Shown here: piece by piece, positions 9,957-19,746 of the stretch
Layout: every line of letters begins with the position of its first letter
Numbering within the stretch: the stretch's first letter is position 1
Virus record (IMG/VR): IMGVR_UViG_2974588491_000001
Location: 250,380 to 314,379 of that record
Source of the DNA: a virus
Lineage: Duplodnaviria > Heunggongvirae > Uroviricota > Caudoviricetes
Length of the DNA: 64,000 nucleotides
Strand: one strand, 5' to 3'
Notes under the pieces: model-generated
The model's database searches: none
Told to the model about the DNA's origin: nothing
Seen by the model: the letters and a program-made list of their open reading frames with translations, nothing else
Translations under genes and position numbers: made by a program

Positions 9957-10293
9957 TGAAGTACTTCACGAATTAAATTCAATCGTAGATGGATGGTCTT
10001 TATCATTTGACACTACTGAATACGCAATTCAATTAGGTGATTCATCTGGAGCAGCTTATGTCTTTTTTAATCAGACCCTATTGATTGAAATGACATATTG
10101 GACACACTCAAAAACTTATTCTGCATTACACCGCAAAGTTGTATTTGGTGATCGCCAAAATGCAGAAAGTGGCGAACGTGAATCTGCATTCGATGCTTAT
10201 ATTGGCTTGCAATGGATAATTAGAATGAAAGCCAAAGAATTATTAAACATTATTAATGAAATGAACAAGGATAGAAAGAATGGCAACTCGTAG
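9943..10293 (+). CDS. hypothetical protein
   Basis: ORF track frame. Confidence 0.65.
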   Translation: MKTADEVLHELNSIVDGWSLSFDTTEYAIQLGDSSGAAYVFFNQTLLIEMTYWTHSKTYSALHRKVVFGDRQNAESGERESAFDAYIGLQWIIRMKAKELLNIINEMNKDRKNGNS

Positions 10294-10999
10294 TAATATT
10301 AACGTTAAAGTTGGTGATGTATATCATACTATCTACTGTCACTTTGACGGTTATCCAGAAGGTGTAGGTAAAACTCTAGTACTAAATTATAATTCACAGG
10401 AACTGGCAGAAAAACTAGTTTCCTTTGGTGATATGTCATCTATTGATGATTCATGTGATGCACCAGCAGGTCATAGTTATGATAAACCAGTAAAAGGTCA
10501 TTGTGTATATTATGGTCGTGACCGTGGAGAAACTGGTACAGATATGAAAGTATCTGATAAACCACGTTACGAAGAAGAATACTGTTATGTATGGGAAGGT
10601 AATGGTTGGTACGTATCTGGTTATGATCTTGATCACAAGTTAGTATTAGATGTATTGGATATTGAAGTAATGACTGATGAAGTAGGTGATGAAGACGAAG
10701 AACCTATTTCCGATGGTGATAAAGTATTCAAGTACTTTGGTTGTTCAATTGAAGAAGTAATTGCAATTAACAATGAATGGGCTGTTACTTTCAATACACC
10801 AGATGAACGCATGACTGATGCATATAACGAACGTATTCGTTGGATGGTTCGCCATCGTGAAGCACCGTATCAGGGTCTTGATGAAGATGGTATTTGGCAT
10901 CACTCTTTCTTTGGTCGTACTTTGTACGAAGCAGTAAAACGTGGCGAAGAATATCTAAAACGTGGAAAAGATTGGGAAGCGGAACAGCATGGCAATTGA
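10280..10999 (+). CDS. conserved phage hypothetical protein
   Basis: MATRS...IYCHFDGYPEGVGKTL motif. Confidence 0.75.
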   Translation: MATRSNINVKVGDVYHTIYCHFDGYPEGVGKTLVLNYNSQELAEKLVSFGDMSSIDDSCDAPAGHSYDKPVKGHCVYYGRDRGETGTDMKVSDKPRYEEEYCYVWEGNGWYVSGYDLDHKLVLDVLDIEVMTDEVGDEDEEPISDGDKVFKYFGCSIEEVIAINNEWAVTFNTPDERMTDAYNERIRWMVRHREAPYQGLDEDGIWHHSFFGRTLYEAVKRGEEYLKRGKDWEAEQHGN

Positions 11000-11237
11000 T
11001 GAGAAATTGTTTGATACATTTCCCATTGATGAGCTAAAAGTTCCACAAGATAACCATAAAGTTTATATGAAACGGTACTGGATTGTATACGAAGGTTCAG
11101 TACTTCGTTTCAAGAAAACTAAAGCTTGGCAGTGTAATGGATTCAAACAGATAGTAGAACAGGTTATTGAAACCAATCCTATCTATGAAGGTTGTGAAAT
11201 ACAGTATTTCGAGTACTTATACGTACCAGAGGGTTAA
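10989..11237 (+). CDS. hypothetical protein
   Basis: ORF track frame. Confidence 0.65.
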   Translation: MAIDEKLFDTFPIDELKVPQDNHKVYMKRYWIVYEGSVLRFKKTKAWQCNGFKQIVEQVIETNPIYEGCEIQYFEYLYVPEG

Positions 11238-11241
11238 TACG

Positions 11242-11436
11242 ATGGATGAGCAATATATCTTTGATGAACCAAATGAATGCATTCAACGTGCTATTCGTGG
11301 TTTAGAACGTGCTGGTTTTAACGGTACTGAGAAAGAAGCACTTGATTACTTGCAAGGGAAATTCACCAGTTACAGCAGGGATGAATTGCAACAAATTTAT
11401 CGTCAGTACGGCGAAGTTGAAGATTTTGAAATTTAA
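11242..11436 (+). CDS. hypothetical protein
   Basis: ORF track frame. Confidence 0.6.
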   Translation: MDEQYIFDEPNECIQRAIRGLERAGFNGTEKEALDYLQGKFTSYSRDELQQIYRQYGEVEDFEI

Positions 11437-11452
11437 TATAAGGTAAAGAACA

Positions 11453-12472
11453 ATGTCACATTTTACAGTACTAGTACATCTGACTGAAGAAGAAGTTAAG
11501 AATAACATCCAAGAATGTGCAGCAATCAAACTGCAACCATATCATGAATTTGAATGTACTGGAGTCAAAGATCAGTACGTGGTAAAAGTTGATGAAACTG
11601 ATGAAAAGTTGTATGATTACAACACTGAAACAGTTGAAGCTGTTTATGATGAAGATGGAGCACTTCTTGGTTCTAAGTATTCTGAAGCATGTAAACGTTT
11701 CTGGCAACGTGCTGGTTATGGATATTCTTCTGAAGATAAATTTGAACTTCCAGAAGGTTATACACTACGTAAAACTCCATTAAACGAAATTTATACCTTT
11801 GAAGGTTTCCTTCGTGATTGGCACGGTTATAGTTTAGATGGAGAGTATTCATCTTTAGAAGATGGTAAGTTTTATCGTTTTACAAACCCAAATGCTAAGT
11901 GGGATTGGTGGACTGTAGGCGGTCGTTGGTCTGGTATGTTCCTTGATACTAATGGTCAGAAGCAAGACATTATTCAGAAAAAAGATTGGGATCTTGCTGG
12001 TGAAGCTACAAAAGCAATTACAGACTTTGCACCGTTCTTTGACCGCTTTGAAGAACACGCTGATAAATTCGACGGAGTGGTATTCATGTCATGGGATGAA
12101 TGCTGTGATAAGTTTAAAACTCCAGATGGTAAAACTGATTATAATTCTGCTCGTGAATTTTATCATAACCAAGAGTACAAGAATATTTTAAAAACCGTGT
12201 TCAGTTCTGTCGGTGATGGCGAGCATGAATGGCTACTACATGACCCTAATAACTTCTATAACGTATCACGTGAAGACTTCATGAAAGCTCGTATCTTCAA
12301 TCGCATAGGCACGTTCGCTGTACTGGATGACGCTGGGTGGCACGAGAAAGGCTCTATGGGCTGGTTCGCGTGTGTGAGCGATGAAAAGGCAGATTGGAAC
12401 CAAATTTACCTTGACAAAATCAACTCCATCCCTGATAATGATTACCTAGTTCTTGTGGATTGCCACATTTAA
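11453..12472 (+). CDS. conserved phage hypothetical protein
   Basis: MSHFTVLV..., NPNAKWDWWTVGGRW, LVLVDCHI. Confidence 0.8.
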   Translation: MSHFTVLVHLTEEEVKNNIQECAAIKLQPYHEFECTGVKDQYVVKVDETDEKLYDYNTETVEAVYDEDGALLGSKYSEACKRFWQRAGYGYSSEDKFELPEGYTLRKTPLNEIYTFEGFLRDWHGYSLDGEYSSLEDGKFYRFTNPNAKWDWWTVGGRWSGMFLDTNGQKQDIIQKKDWDLAGEATKAITDFAPFFDRFEEHADKFDGVVFMSWDECCDKFKTPDGKTDYNSAREFYHNQEYKNILKTVFSSVGDGEHEWLLHDPNNFYNVSREDFMKARIFNRIGTFAVLDDAGWHEKGSMGWFACVSDEKADWNQIYLDKINSIPDNDYLVLVDCHI

Positions 12473-12481
12473 GGATAAATT

Positions 12482-12853
12482 ATGAATACGTTTGAAATTT
12501 GTCGTGGAATCCGCAGGGTTATACTTAATAGTACTGCTGAAGTAATGAACTATCCTTCTTGGGGTTCTGAATTTGCATATAAACAAATTACCCAGCTTGC
12601 AGAAAGAATTAAAGATAATAGTACATTTAAATTTATTGACCCATCCGATTTAACTTTATCTGAAATGCAAGAATTAGGATTTGGGAAATGGGAAGAAGGA
12701 TCAAAGTTGATGCTTATTCCGCTATGGCTAATGCAGTTTATTGATCCTGAACTTGAAGTAACTTGTATTTCTGGTGAAGTGTACAAATTTAAAGATGCTG
12801 ACAATGATAATCGTTATGGTTGTCTTGCTTATGGCATTTTTCCCAAAGAATAA
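12482..12853 (+). CDS. hypothetical protein
   Basis: ORF track. Confidence 0.7.
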   Translation: MNTFEICRGIRRVILNSTAEVMNYPSWGSEFAYKQITQLAERIKDNSTFKFIDPSDLTLSEMQELGFGKWEEGSKLMLIPLWLMQFIDPELEVTCISGEVYKFKDADNDNRYGCLAYGIFPKE

Positions 12854-12870
12854 AAATTGAGAATTTAAAA

Positions 12871-13920
12871 ATGAAAGAATCAGGTTTGTTTTTTGGTAAA
12901 TTCGCCCCGTTACATACGGGGCATATTTCTGCAATTTTAAATGCAGCAACACAAGTAGAAGAACTTTATGTTGTACTGTGTTGGGATGAAAAGTTTCAAA
13001 GTACTTTAACCCCTGAATTGCAGAAGGTAATGACTTTACGTAATCGTCTTATGTGGTTGAAAGATACCTTCAAGCATATGAAAAAGATTAAAATTACATA
13101 TGTGAATGAAACACCAATTCCTGCTTATCCGGTAGGTTGTGATGATTTCACAAAGCTGGTTCGTAATAAACTTATTACCGAATTCCACCAGCCTTATGTA
13201 GATATGGTATTCAGTTCTGAAACTGATTATAACGATTACTTTAGTCAGTACTGGCCTGATTCTGAACATGTACTAATTGACCCACCACGTGAATTCGTGA
13301 ACATTAGTGCTACTCGTATTCGCAACAATCCATATCAACATTGGGATCTGTTAGCTCCAGCTTCACATAAACATTTTGTGAAGAAAGTTTGTATTATCGG
13401 AGTTGAAAGCACTGGTAAAAGTACTTTAACTATAAATCTGGCAAACCACTTCAGTACTCAGTACGTTGAAGAAGTTGGGCGTACTATTTGCGAAAATGAA
13501 TACCATTGGTCTGAAGCAATGATGAACATTGAAGATTATGTTTACGTTGCGATGGAACATAAAGTAAAAGAACACAAAATGGCTGCTACAGCTAATAAAG
13601 TACTTTTTAGTGATACAAATAACTTGATCACTTTATTCAGTGCTGAATGTAGCGGTCATACAAGTAGTCCTCTCCTAAGTCAAATGGCGTTCGCAGAGGA
13701 TTATGACCTTGTAATAATGCTTGACATTGATGTACCGTGGGTGTATGATCCACTCAGGTTGAACAACACCGCTGAACTGCGGGAAAAAACGTTCAATCAT
13801 TTAAAGTTTCTTTGTAAAGCACACGGCGTTGAATATACCACAGTAAGTGGTGACTTTAATACCCGTTTTAAAACGGCGGTTGAACTCGTACAAAATCTAT
13901 TACAAGGTAATAACAAATGA
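12871..13920 (+). CDS. nadR: NadR-like NMN adenylyltransferase / ribosylnicotinamide kinase
   Basis: FGKFAPLHTGH, ISATRIR, P-loop GVESTGKST, DVPWVYDPLR. Confidence 0.92.
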   Translation: MKESGLFFGKFAPLHTGHISAILNAATQVEELYVVLCWDEKFQSTLTPELQKVMTLRNRLMWLKDTFKHMKKIKITYVNETPIPAYPVGCDDFTKLVRNKLITEFHQPYVDMVFSSETDYNDYFSQYWPDSEHVLIDPPREFVNISATRIRNNPYQHWDLLAPASHKHFVKKVCIIGVESTGKSTLTINLANHFSTQYVEEVGRTICENEYHWSEAMMNIEDYVYVAMEHKVKEHKMAATANKVLFSDTNNLITLFSAECSGHTSSPLLSQMAFAEDYDLVIMLDIDVPWVYDPLRLNNTAELREKTFNHLKFLCKAHGVEYTTVSGDFNTRFKTAVELVQNLLQGNNK

Positions 13921-14720
13921 ACGCACTCGTCACAAGTTTAAATTTGTCACCAACATTACTGTTGGGATACATTCTGTTTTTAACTACGGTTTGTGGAATT
14001 TACATTTACCGTATTGCTGGAACTGATTTGAAACTTTCCCAAGTATTCAGTACTTGTGTAACAGACTTCAAAGGTTGGACAGTTAAAGAATATCTTTGGC
14101 TGTTTACTGCACCAGCAATCATTTGTGCCGTATCACTTATTATGGGTGGCGGTTGGGTAGAATTCGTCTGCTCAGTTACAAGTATTATCGGTGCTATTCT
14201 TGTAGCTAAGGGTAAAATCAGTTCTTATGTTTGGGGATTTGTCGGTACTGCTTTGTATCTGTACATTTCTTACAAATATAAATTATACGGTGAAACGATC
14301 ACATACGCATTGCTTTTCTTACCGATGCAAGTATCAGGTTACTATTACTGGATTGTAAACAGTAAAGAAAAAGATACTGACGTAATTAAGAAAGTGATGA
14401 CAACTAAACAACGTATCTGGTTGTTTGCCGGTACTGGTATTGCAATCGCTGCATATGCTGCATTCCTTCGTTATCTGGAAGGTGCAACGCCAGGTTTAGA
14501 TTCAGCAACATCTATTCTGAGTATTGTAGCAACAACTCTGATGGTAAAACGTTATGCTGAACAATGGTTGATCTGGATTCTGGTTAACACCGTTGCAATC
14601 GTAATGTGGGTACTGGCAGTACTTCATCATCAAGATCAAGGTTTCGCAGTACTGACTATGTGGATCACCTTCTGGTTGAACTCCGTATACGGTTGGTATC
14701 AATGGCGTAAAGGTAATTAA
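13917..14720 (+). CDS. pnuC: nicotinamide riboside transporter PnuC
   Basis: multi-TM, LDSATSILSI, EQWLIWILVN, YGWYQW; coupled to nadR. Confidence 0.92.
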   Translation: MNALVTSLNLSPTLLLGYILFLTTVCGIYIYRIAGTDLKLSQVFSTCVTDFKGWTVKEYLWLFTAPAIICAVSLIMGGGWVEFVCSVTSIIGAILVAKGKISSYVWGFVGTALYLYISYKYKLYGETITYALLFLPMQVSGYYYWIVNSKEKDTDVIKKVMTTKQRIWLFAGTGIAIAAYAAFLRYLEGATPGLDSATSILSIVATTLMVKRYAEQWLIWILVNTVAIVMWVLAVLHHQDQGFAVLTMWITFWLNSVYGWYQWRKGN

Positions 14721-14721
14721 T

Positions 14722-15033
14722 ATGTATGCACTCTATAATACTAAAAATAAACAATTTGCATGTTTAGGGTATATTCATACTGATGTTAGTGAGATTGAAG
14801 ATACCTGTGTTTCAGTACTTTCATATGTACAAACAGATTGTGTATTCATACGCAATGATAAGAAAGAATTAGAGCGTATTATTTGTGAAAAAGATTGCAG
14901 TGATGATTCTTATGATGATGAACTTGGTTATTTGGGAGATCTCAAAGGATCTCCATTAAATCCAATAATTATGTTTGAGTCGAACGATTATGATGAAACA
15001 ATCATCATTGAAGTACAACCCAAATTGTCTTAA
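14722..15033 (+). CDS. hypothetical protein
   Basis: ORF track. Confidence 0.65.
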   Translation: MYALYNTKNKQFACLGYIHTDVSEIEDTCVSVLSYVQTDCVFIRNDKKELERIICEKDCSDDSYDDELGYLGDLKGSPLNPIIMFESNDYDETIIIEVQPKLS

Positions 15034-15052
15034 TATATGTGACGAGGATAAT

Positions 15053-15295
15053 ATGAAATTCACTGAGTTTGTAAAATTTAAAGCAGTACAATTCCACGGT
15101 ACAGAAGTACATGTACCTGAACATATCAAGTACATCGCTGCTGATAAATCAGGTAAAGTAATTGGCTTTGAAAAAGAACCTGTACCTGATGCAGAATTTG
15201 AATGGTGGGATAATCCGACCGCAGATGATATGTACGATGTTGGTACTGTTGATCTGGAAGGAATGAACTGGACTGAAACTCTGGTCATTCTGTAA
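15053..15295 (+). CDS. hypothetical protein (paralog of 38823..39089)
   Basis: GTEVHVP..IKYIAADKSG. Confidence 0.7.
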   Translation: MKFTEFVKFKAVQFHGTEVHVPEHIKYIAADKSGKVIGFEKEPVPDAEFEWWDNPTADDMYDVGTVDLEGMNWTETLVIL

Positions 15296-15341
15296 GAAGT
15301 ATCCCTGTACTAAGTACAGGGTTTTTAATTGAGAGAACTAT

Positions 15342-15545
15342 ATGAAATATGAAGATTATCGTGACTTGCGTGATTGGTTTAATTTTGCACCTCGTAAGTT
15401 GAAGACCAACGTTAAATGGTTTATACTTGAACTTGGCTATGATAATAGTTCAGAATTGTGGAGTCACATTCTTGAGTGTTATCATATCCGCACCAATCGT
15501 GCAGTACTGAAACAATTAATTGACCATTACAAGGATTTAAAATGA
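15342..15545 (+). CDS. hypothetical protein
   Basis: ORF track. Confidence 0.6.
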   Translation: MKYEDYRDLRDWFNFAPRKLKTNVKWFILELGYDNSSELWSHILECYHIRTNRAVLKQLIDHYKDLK

Positions 15546-15979
15546 AATACTTTCGTGTAAATTGCGGGGATGCTTCCGGTATGTCAGAATTTTGGGAATA
15601 CTTTGCATTAAAGGAATACTCAATGTCTGATGAAGATTTGATGGATGAAGCCATTTCTCTTTTCACTGAAAATAATCATTGGGTTTATTCTCTGGATTGT
15701 GACCGCCGCCGTGCAGAAGAATTGACTGAAGAACAGTACAAAACAGGTTTGCTGTTCAATAAGATGTACCAATATCAGCATGAACTGAATGCGTTTCGTC
15801 GTGAGCACAATATCTATCCTACTATGGATATGGCAGTACTGTTCGCAAAGCGTGATCATAAATCTGGTTATGTTCGTGTTGGTCATCCTAACATTCATAA
15901 TGTTTATAAAGTGAATGCTGATGGTAATTTCATTTTTGTATATCATCACTGGTCTGACCGTGTTGGAGTACTGAAATGA
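15542..15979 (+). CDS. hypothetical protein
   Basis: ORF track. Confidence 0.7.
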   Translation: MKYFRVNCGDASGMSEFWEYFALKEYSMSDEDLMDEAISLFTENNHWVYSLDCDRRRAEELTEEQYKTGLLFNKMYQYQHELNAFRREHNIYPTMDMAVLFAKRDHKSGYVRVGHPNIHNVYKVNADGNFIFVYHHWSDRVGVLK

Positions 15980-16281
15980 TCCATATCATTTATGACATGA
16001 ATGACGGCGTTTCTGTGCCAGATAACAAGGTTAAAAACTTTGCAGCAGACATGGTATGGGATCTCGGTACTATCGATGAAGTTATTGAAGTACGAGTAGG
16101 TCAACTGAATATTATTCGTTCTGTTGCTTATGCAATGAAACACCGTAATATCCCGCATACTAATCTAACTATTAGTTATGCTCATAGTGATTCTAAAATC
16201 TGGTTAAATGCAGATTATCATTTAGACGGTGTTTTTGATTTTTGTAATCACGATATTGAAGTACTAATGGACATGCTATGA
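15976..16281 (+). CDS. hypothetical protein, tandem paralog 1
   Basis: MIHIIYD..D.KVK..A; similar to next two genes. Confidence 0.7.
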   Translation: MIHIIYDMNDGVSVPDNKVKNFAADMVWDLGTIDEVIEVRVGQLNIIRSVAYAMKHRNIPHTNLTISYAHSDSKIWLNADYHLDGVFDFCNHDIEVLMDML

Positions 16282-16589
16282 TTCATATTATATACGACAA
16301 AAATTCTCCAGTTGCTTTCAATGATGCTGCAATTATGAAAATTGCAGACAAAATTGTTAAAGAACATGGCAGTACTGAAGAAATTCATGAATGTACGGTA
16401 GGACAAGAATTGTTCTTGTCTGCTATTCGCTCTGCAATGTGTGTACAAGGCGTATCACATGAAAACCTTGTTGTATTTGCTGTTGATGATGAGAAAATAC
16501 ATCGAATTACTATTAATGACTGTTATAGTTTCGAAACATACGTTCATTTTCCTAATATAGTTTGTGAAATTTTAATGCCTTTATTTTAA
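16278..16589 (+). CDS. hypothetical protein, tandem paralog 2
   Basis: MIHIIYD...D..IMKIAD...VGQ. Confidence 0.7.
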   Translation: MIHIIYDKNSPVAFNDAAIMKIADKIVKEHGSTEEIHECTVGQELFLSAIRSAMCVQGVSHENLVVFAVDDEKIHRITINDCYSFETYVHFPNIVCEILMPLF

Positions 16590-16597
16590 GGAACTGT

Positions 16598-16942
16598 ATG
16601 CTAATTGTTCAGTACAAGCCAAACGATTCTTCTGTAGCAATTGCTGATGGAAAAATAAAAGAAGTAGCCGAAGAATGGGTGCGTGATATTACGTTTCATG
16701 AACGTAAGGTTGTTTCCATCAGTCAATTACTTATGATTGATGGTATTCGTGCCGCATTGGTGGATCTGTATGTTGATCCATCATTGGTTGTAATTGAGGT
16801 TTATAACGCAGATGATGAACTTATGGAATCTGTAAGCATCACTGATCGTTATTGCTTGACTTCTTGGAATTCATTTCCACAAGTCCAAGTCGATTGTTTA
16901 AGAACTACAATTAAGAGTAGAAAATATGGACAAAACAACTAA
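16598..16942 (+). CDS. hypothetical protein, tandem paralog 3
   Basis: IADGKIKEVAE...SQ..IDGIRAA. Confidence 0.7.
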   Translation: MLIVQYKPNDSSVAIADGKIKEVAEEWVRDITFHERKVVSISQLLMIDGIRAALVDLYVDPSLVVIEVYNADDELMESVSITDRYCLTSWNSFPQVQVDCLRTTIKSRKYGQNN

Positions 16943-17279
16943 TACAAGTAAAAGTTTTATTATTCGTTGTCATTGCTCTGATGCACGTGAACATGCTATT
17001 CATATTTGTCAGTACAATACTGGTGATGATACTGATGATTCAGAAATCGGTCTTTGTACTATCAATCTTAGTATGGAAATTCGTAATCCGTGGTATAAGC
17101 GTGTATGGATAGGTCTGAAATATATGTTCGGATATACTGACCATATGCATTACATGGATACAATGGTAGATGTTGATGTTTTGAAAGAAGTAGTTTCTAA
17201 ACTAGACGATAACCGTACTGAAGAACAGAAAGCCGCTGCTAAAGAGCAACGTGAATGGAATAAATTTGAAGTATTGTAA
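16926..17279 (+). CDS. hypothetical protein
   Basis: ORF track. Confidence 0.7.
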   Translation: MDKTTNTSKSFIIRCHCSDAREHAIHICQYNTGDDTDDSEIGLCTINLSMEIRNPWYKRVWIGLKYMFGYTDHMHYMDTMVDVDVLKEVVSKLDDNRTEEQKAAAKEQREWNKFEVL

Positions 17280-17638
17280 TGGAAAATATATTTGAGGGTC
17301 TAGAGTACGTTAAAAAATACGTACTCTTTGAAGATACAAAAAGTGTGTACTGGTATGATATTATTACTAATACATCAAATAACGTTGTAGTTATAAGTAA
17401 TAAAAACTTCGATCCATATGTAACGTTAATTGCTGATGGCTACACACTCAAATATGATGGAACTGAATTGAAATTGACCTGTCTTATCGCAGGAAAATCA
17501 TTTGATGACATTTGTGACCCAAATATTACCGAAGAATGGTTTTTCCAGTTGAGTACTATTAAAGACTTTGGTGCGTTGGAGTACATTGAAATTGAATTTG
17601 TAAAAGAAGTTTATAAAAGATGTTTTAATACTAATTAG
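17279..17638 (+). CDS. TEExxFQxST-motif paralog family protein
   Basis: NITEEWFFQLSTIKDFG. Confidence 0.7.
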   Translation: MENIFEGLEYVKKYVLFEDTKSVYWYDIITNTSNNVVVISNKNFDPYVTLIADGYTLKYDGTELKLTCLIAGKSFDDICDPNITEEWFFQLSTIKDFGALEYIEIEFVKEVYKRCFNTN

Positions 17639-17648
17639 GGGATTTAAT

Positions 17649-17954
17649 ATGCTTAATCCAATTTTTGAATCTATACTCAATGACGAGCGTTATGAAAGAT
17701 ATGACGGAATCAATGAAGTTCTGATTTTAAGTACAGTTGATTACGAAGTGAAAGTAACCAAAGAATACATGAAATTGGATAAAGTGCAATATAATATGAA
17801 TTTGGTTAATCCACATCATGGAATCCCTTTACACCGCGAGACTGTTGCGGTAATCTACTATGAAACATTCCTTGCGTCAGACGACGAGGAAACATTTGGC
17901 ATCACGAAAGACGATGTGAACGCCGTTTTAAGCTATTATCGGAGTTTAGGATGA
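17649..17954 (+). CDS. hypothetical protein
   Basis: ORF track. Confidence 0.65.
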   Translation: MLNPIFESILNDERYERYDGINEVLILSTVDYEVKVTKEYMKLDKVQYNMNLVNPHHGIPLHRETVAVIYYETFLASDDEETFGITKDDVNAVLSYYRSLG

Positions 17955-18400
17955 ATCAATTTGCAAGCGTAGTTGACCTGAAAGCAGACGAGTTGGAGTT
18001 TAAATTTAGTGAGTTCTACCAGCCCTGGAACAGTGTTAAACTAAATTACGATACCGTTGTGTTCACGGAAAAATTTAATATCAACATCAATATCTCTGAA
18101 CGCAGCAGTTCTGTACATTTTATGGATAACTTTGTCGATGATGGCAATAGTAAGCGTACTGTACATGTAGATTTCCGTACTGATGAAGACGAAGGTTACA
18201 CTGTATCATTATTCAAAATGAACCTTTCTGGTGATGAAAATGACTTCATTGAAGATTATGATGGCATTGATTATATTCCAGAGGTAGATCTCCGTCGCTG
18301 CTCGTTGGATGTAGAGACTTTACGGGCTATGGCAAAACTTGCTGTTGAGATTGTAGAAAATCTCAAGAAAAATGAAACGATTATAAATTCTGTGCTATAA
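17951..18400 (+). CDS. hypothetical protein
   Basis: ORF track. Confidence 0.7.
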   Translation: MNQFASVVDLKADELEFKFSEFYQPWNSVKLNYDTVVFTEKFNININISERSSSVHFMDNFVDDGNSKRTVHVDFRTDEDEGYTVSLFKMNLSGDENDFIEDYDGIDYIPEVDLRRCSLDVETLRAMAKLAVEIVENLKKNETIINSVL

Positions 18401-18401
18401 T
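18372..18401 (+). promoter_or_regulatory. WTGAAAC-class promoter
   Basis: ATGAAACG...TGTGCTATAAT, 18-nt spacer, precedes tRNA-Ser. Confidence 0.7.
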
Positions 18402-18411
18402 ATAAGTACTT

Positions 18412-18501
18412 GGTGAGTTGGGGGAGTGGTTTAACCCAGCACCCTGCTAAGGTGTCGGCCTCGCAAGAGGCCCGTGGGTTCAAATCCCACACTCACCGCC
18501 A
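18412..18501 (+). tRNA. tRNA-Ser(GCT)
   Basis: cloverleaf, loop CTGCTAA, long variable arm, CCA. Confidence 0.93.
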
Positions 18502-18515
18502 ATAAGAGAATAATA

Positions 18516-18932
18516 ATGATAATTTTAAAAGAGAATTTTAAGCTTCGCGAAAATGAAGAAAAAGAAGTAACGTACACAAAGACTACAAGTGATGAAGGTA
18601 AAGAAACACATCATTATTCGTATTTTGCTTGTACCTGTAGCGACGAAGATGAGAAGTACTGGAAAGATAAATTGAACGATGAGTTCAAAGATTATGATCC
18701 AGAAATTCATGCTGATTTCACAAGCCAGTTAGCGATGGAAATAGCCCATACATTTGATGGTGGTATTAGTATTAATGCTGATATGTGGTTCGGAATCAGT
18801 ACTTCCTGTAATATATGGAATGGTGAAACTTCAGAATCTGTACATGTTTATATGTATTGTGATGAAATTGCAATTGGTCTTCTCGCTATAGTTGAAATAC
18901 TTCGTAAGGTCACTGATAATGCCACAGATTAA
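18516..18932 (+). CDS. hypothetical protein
   Basis: ORF track frame. Confidence 0.65.
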   Translation: MIILKENFKLRENEEKEVTYTKTTSDEGKETHHYSYFACTCSDEDEKYWKDKLNDEFKDYDPEIHADFTSQLAMEIAHTFDGGISINADMWFGISTSCNIWNGETSESVHVYMYCDEIAIGLLAIVEILRKVTDNATD

Positions 18933-19746
18933 ATGGCTTGTGCAGGACACATCACGTATGTATTCTGCGATTGAGAATGAATTCACACCATTGGTTAGTT
19001 TAGGATATGAGGTAATACCGTTCGGTGTTATTCCCTTCACTAATACAATAACTGGAATTGATGATTTGAATCCTGACGATTTTTATATTATTCGTTCAGG
19101 TACAAAGATTGTACAATTACTTGAAAGTGGTGAACCTGATAATCTTTCTCCAGAATTAACTGCAAAGTTACGATTGGGTATTTCGTACAATCATCGTAAC
19201 TTTGACCAAGCGTATTATTCACAGTTAAACTTACCGCTACTGAATAGTACTCCAGAGATTTTAAATCTAAGTGATGAAAAAGATTTGTTTGCATCATTTA
19301 GCGTACCAAAGTTTGTAAAACCAAGTTCAGACCTGAAAGCATTTACTGCGGGTATTCTTGAACCTGGTGAAGTACTGAAGTATTTCATTGAAAGTCATTA
19401 CTACCGTTCTGGCTATCAGGAAGAAACTGCTTTAGTCCATGATGTAGTAGATATTATTGCTGAACATCGTTTCATTTGTCTTAATGGTGAAGTTATTACT
19501 GGTTCACAATATCGCCGTAATAACAGTACTGTTTATGATGCTAATATTCCACAAGATGTACTTCGTGCCGCAGATGAATATGCAAAATTGTATGAACCTG
19601 CTGAAATTTACACGATGGATTTGGCTGAAACACCGTCCGGTATCAAGATAGTAGAATATAACTGCTGGAATGGTTCAGGCTTGTATCATATGGATACTAA
19701 AAAGCTTTTCAGTACAATTCATGAATATTACAAAGGTAAACTTTAA
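18919..19746 (+). CDS. ATP-grasp domain protein
   Basis: FVKPSSDLKAFTAG, EHRFICLNGEVITGSQYR, YTMDLAET..GIKIVEYNCWNGSGLY. Confidence 0.8.
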   Translation: MPQIKWLVQDTSRMYSAIENEFTPLVSLGYEVIPFGVIPFTNTITGIDDLNPDDFYIIRSGTKIVQLLESGEPDNLSPELTAKLRLGISYNHRNFDQAYYSQLNLPLLNSTPEILNLSDEKDLFASFSVPKFVKPSSDLKAFTAGILEPGEVLKYFIESHYYRSGYQEETALVHDVVDIIAEHRFICLNGEVITGSQYRRNNSTVYDANIPQDVLRAADEYAKLYEPAEIYTMDLAETPSGIKIVEYNCWNGSGLYHMDTKKLFSTIHEYYKGKL

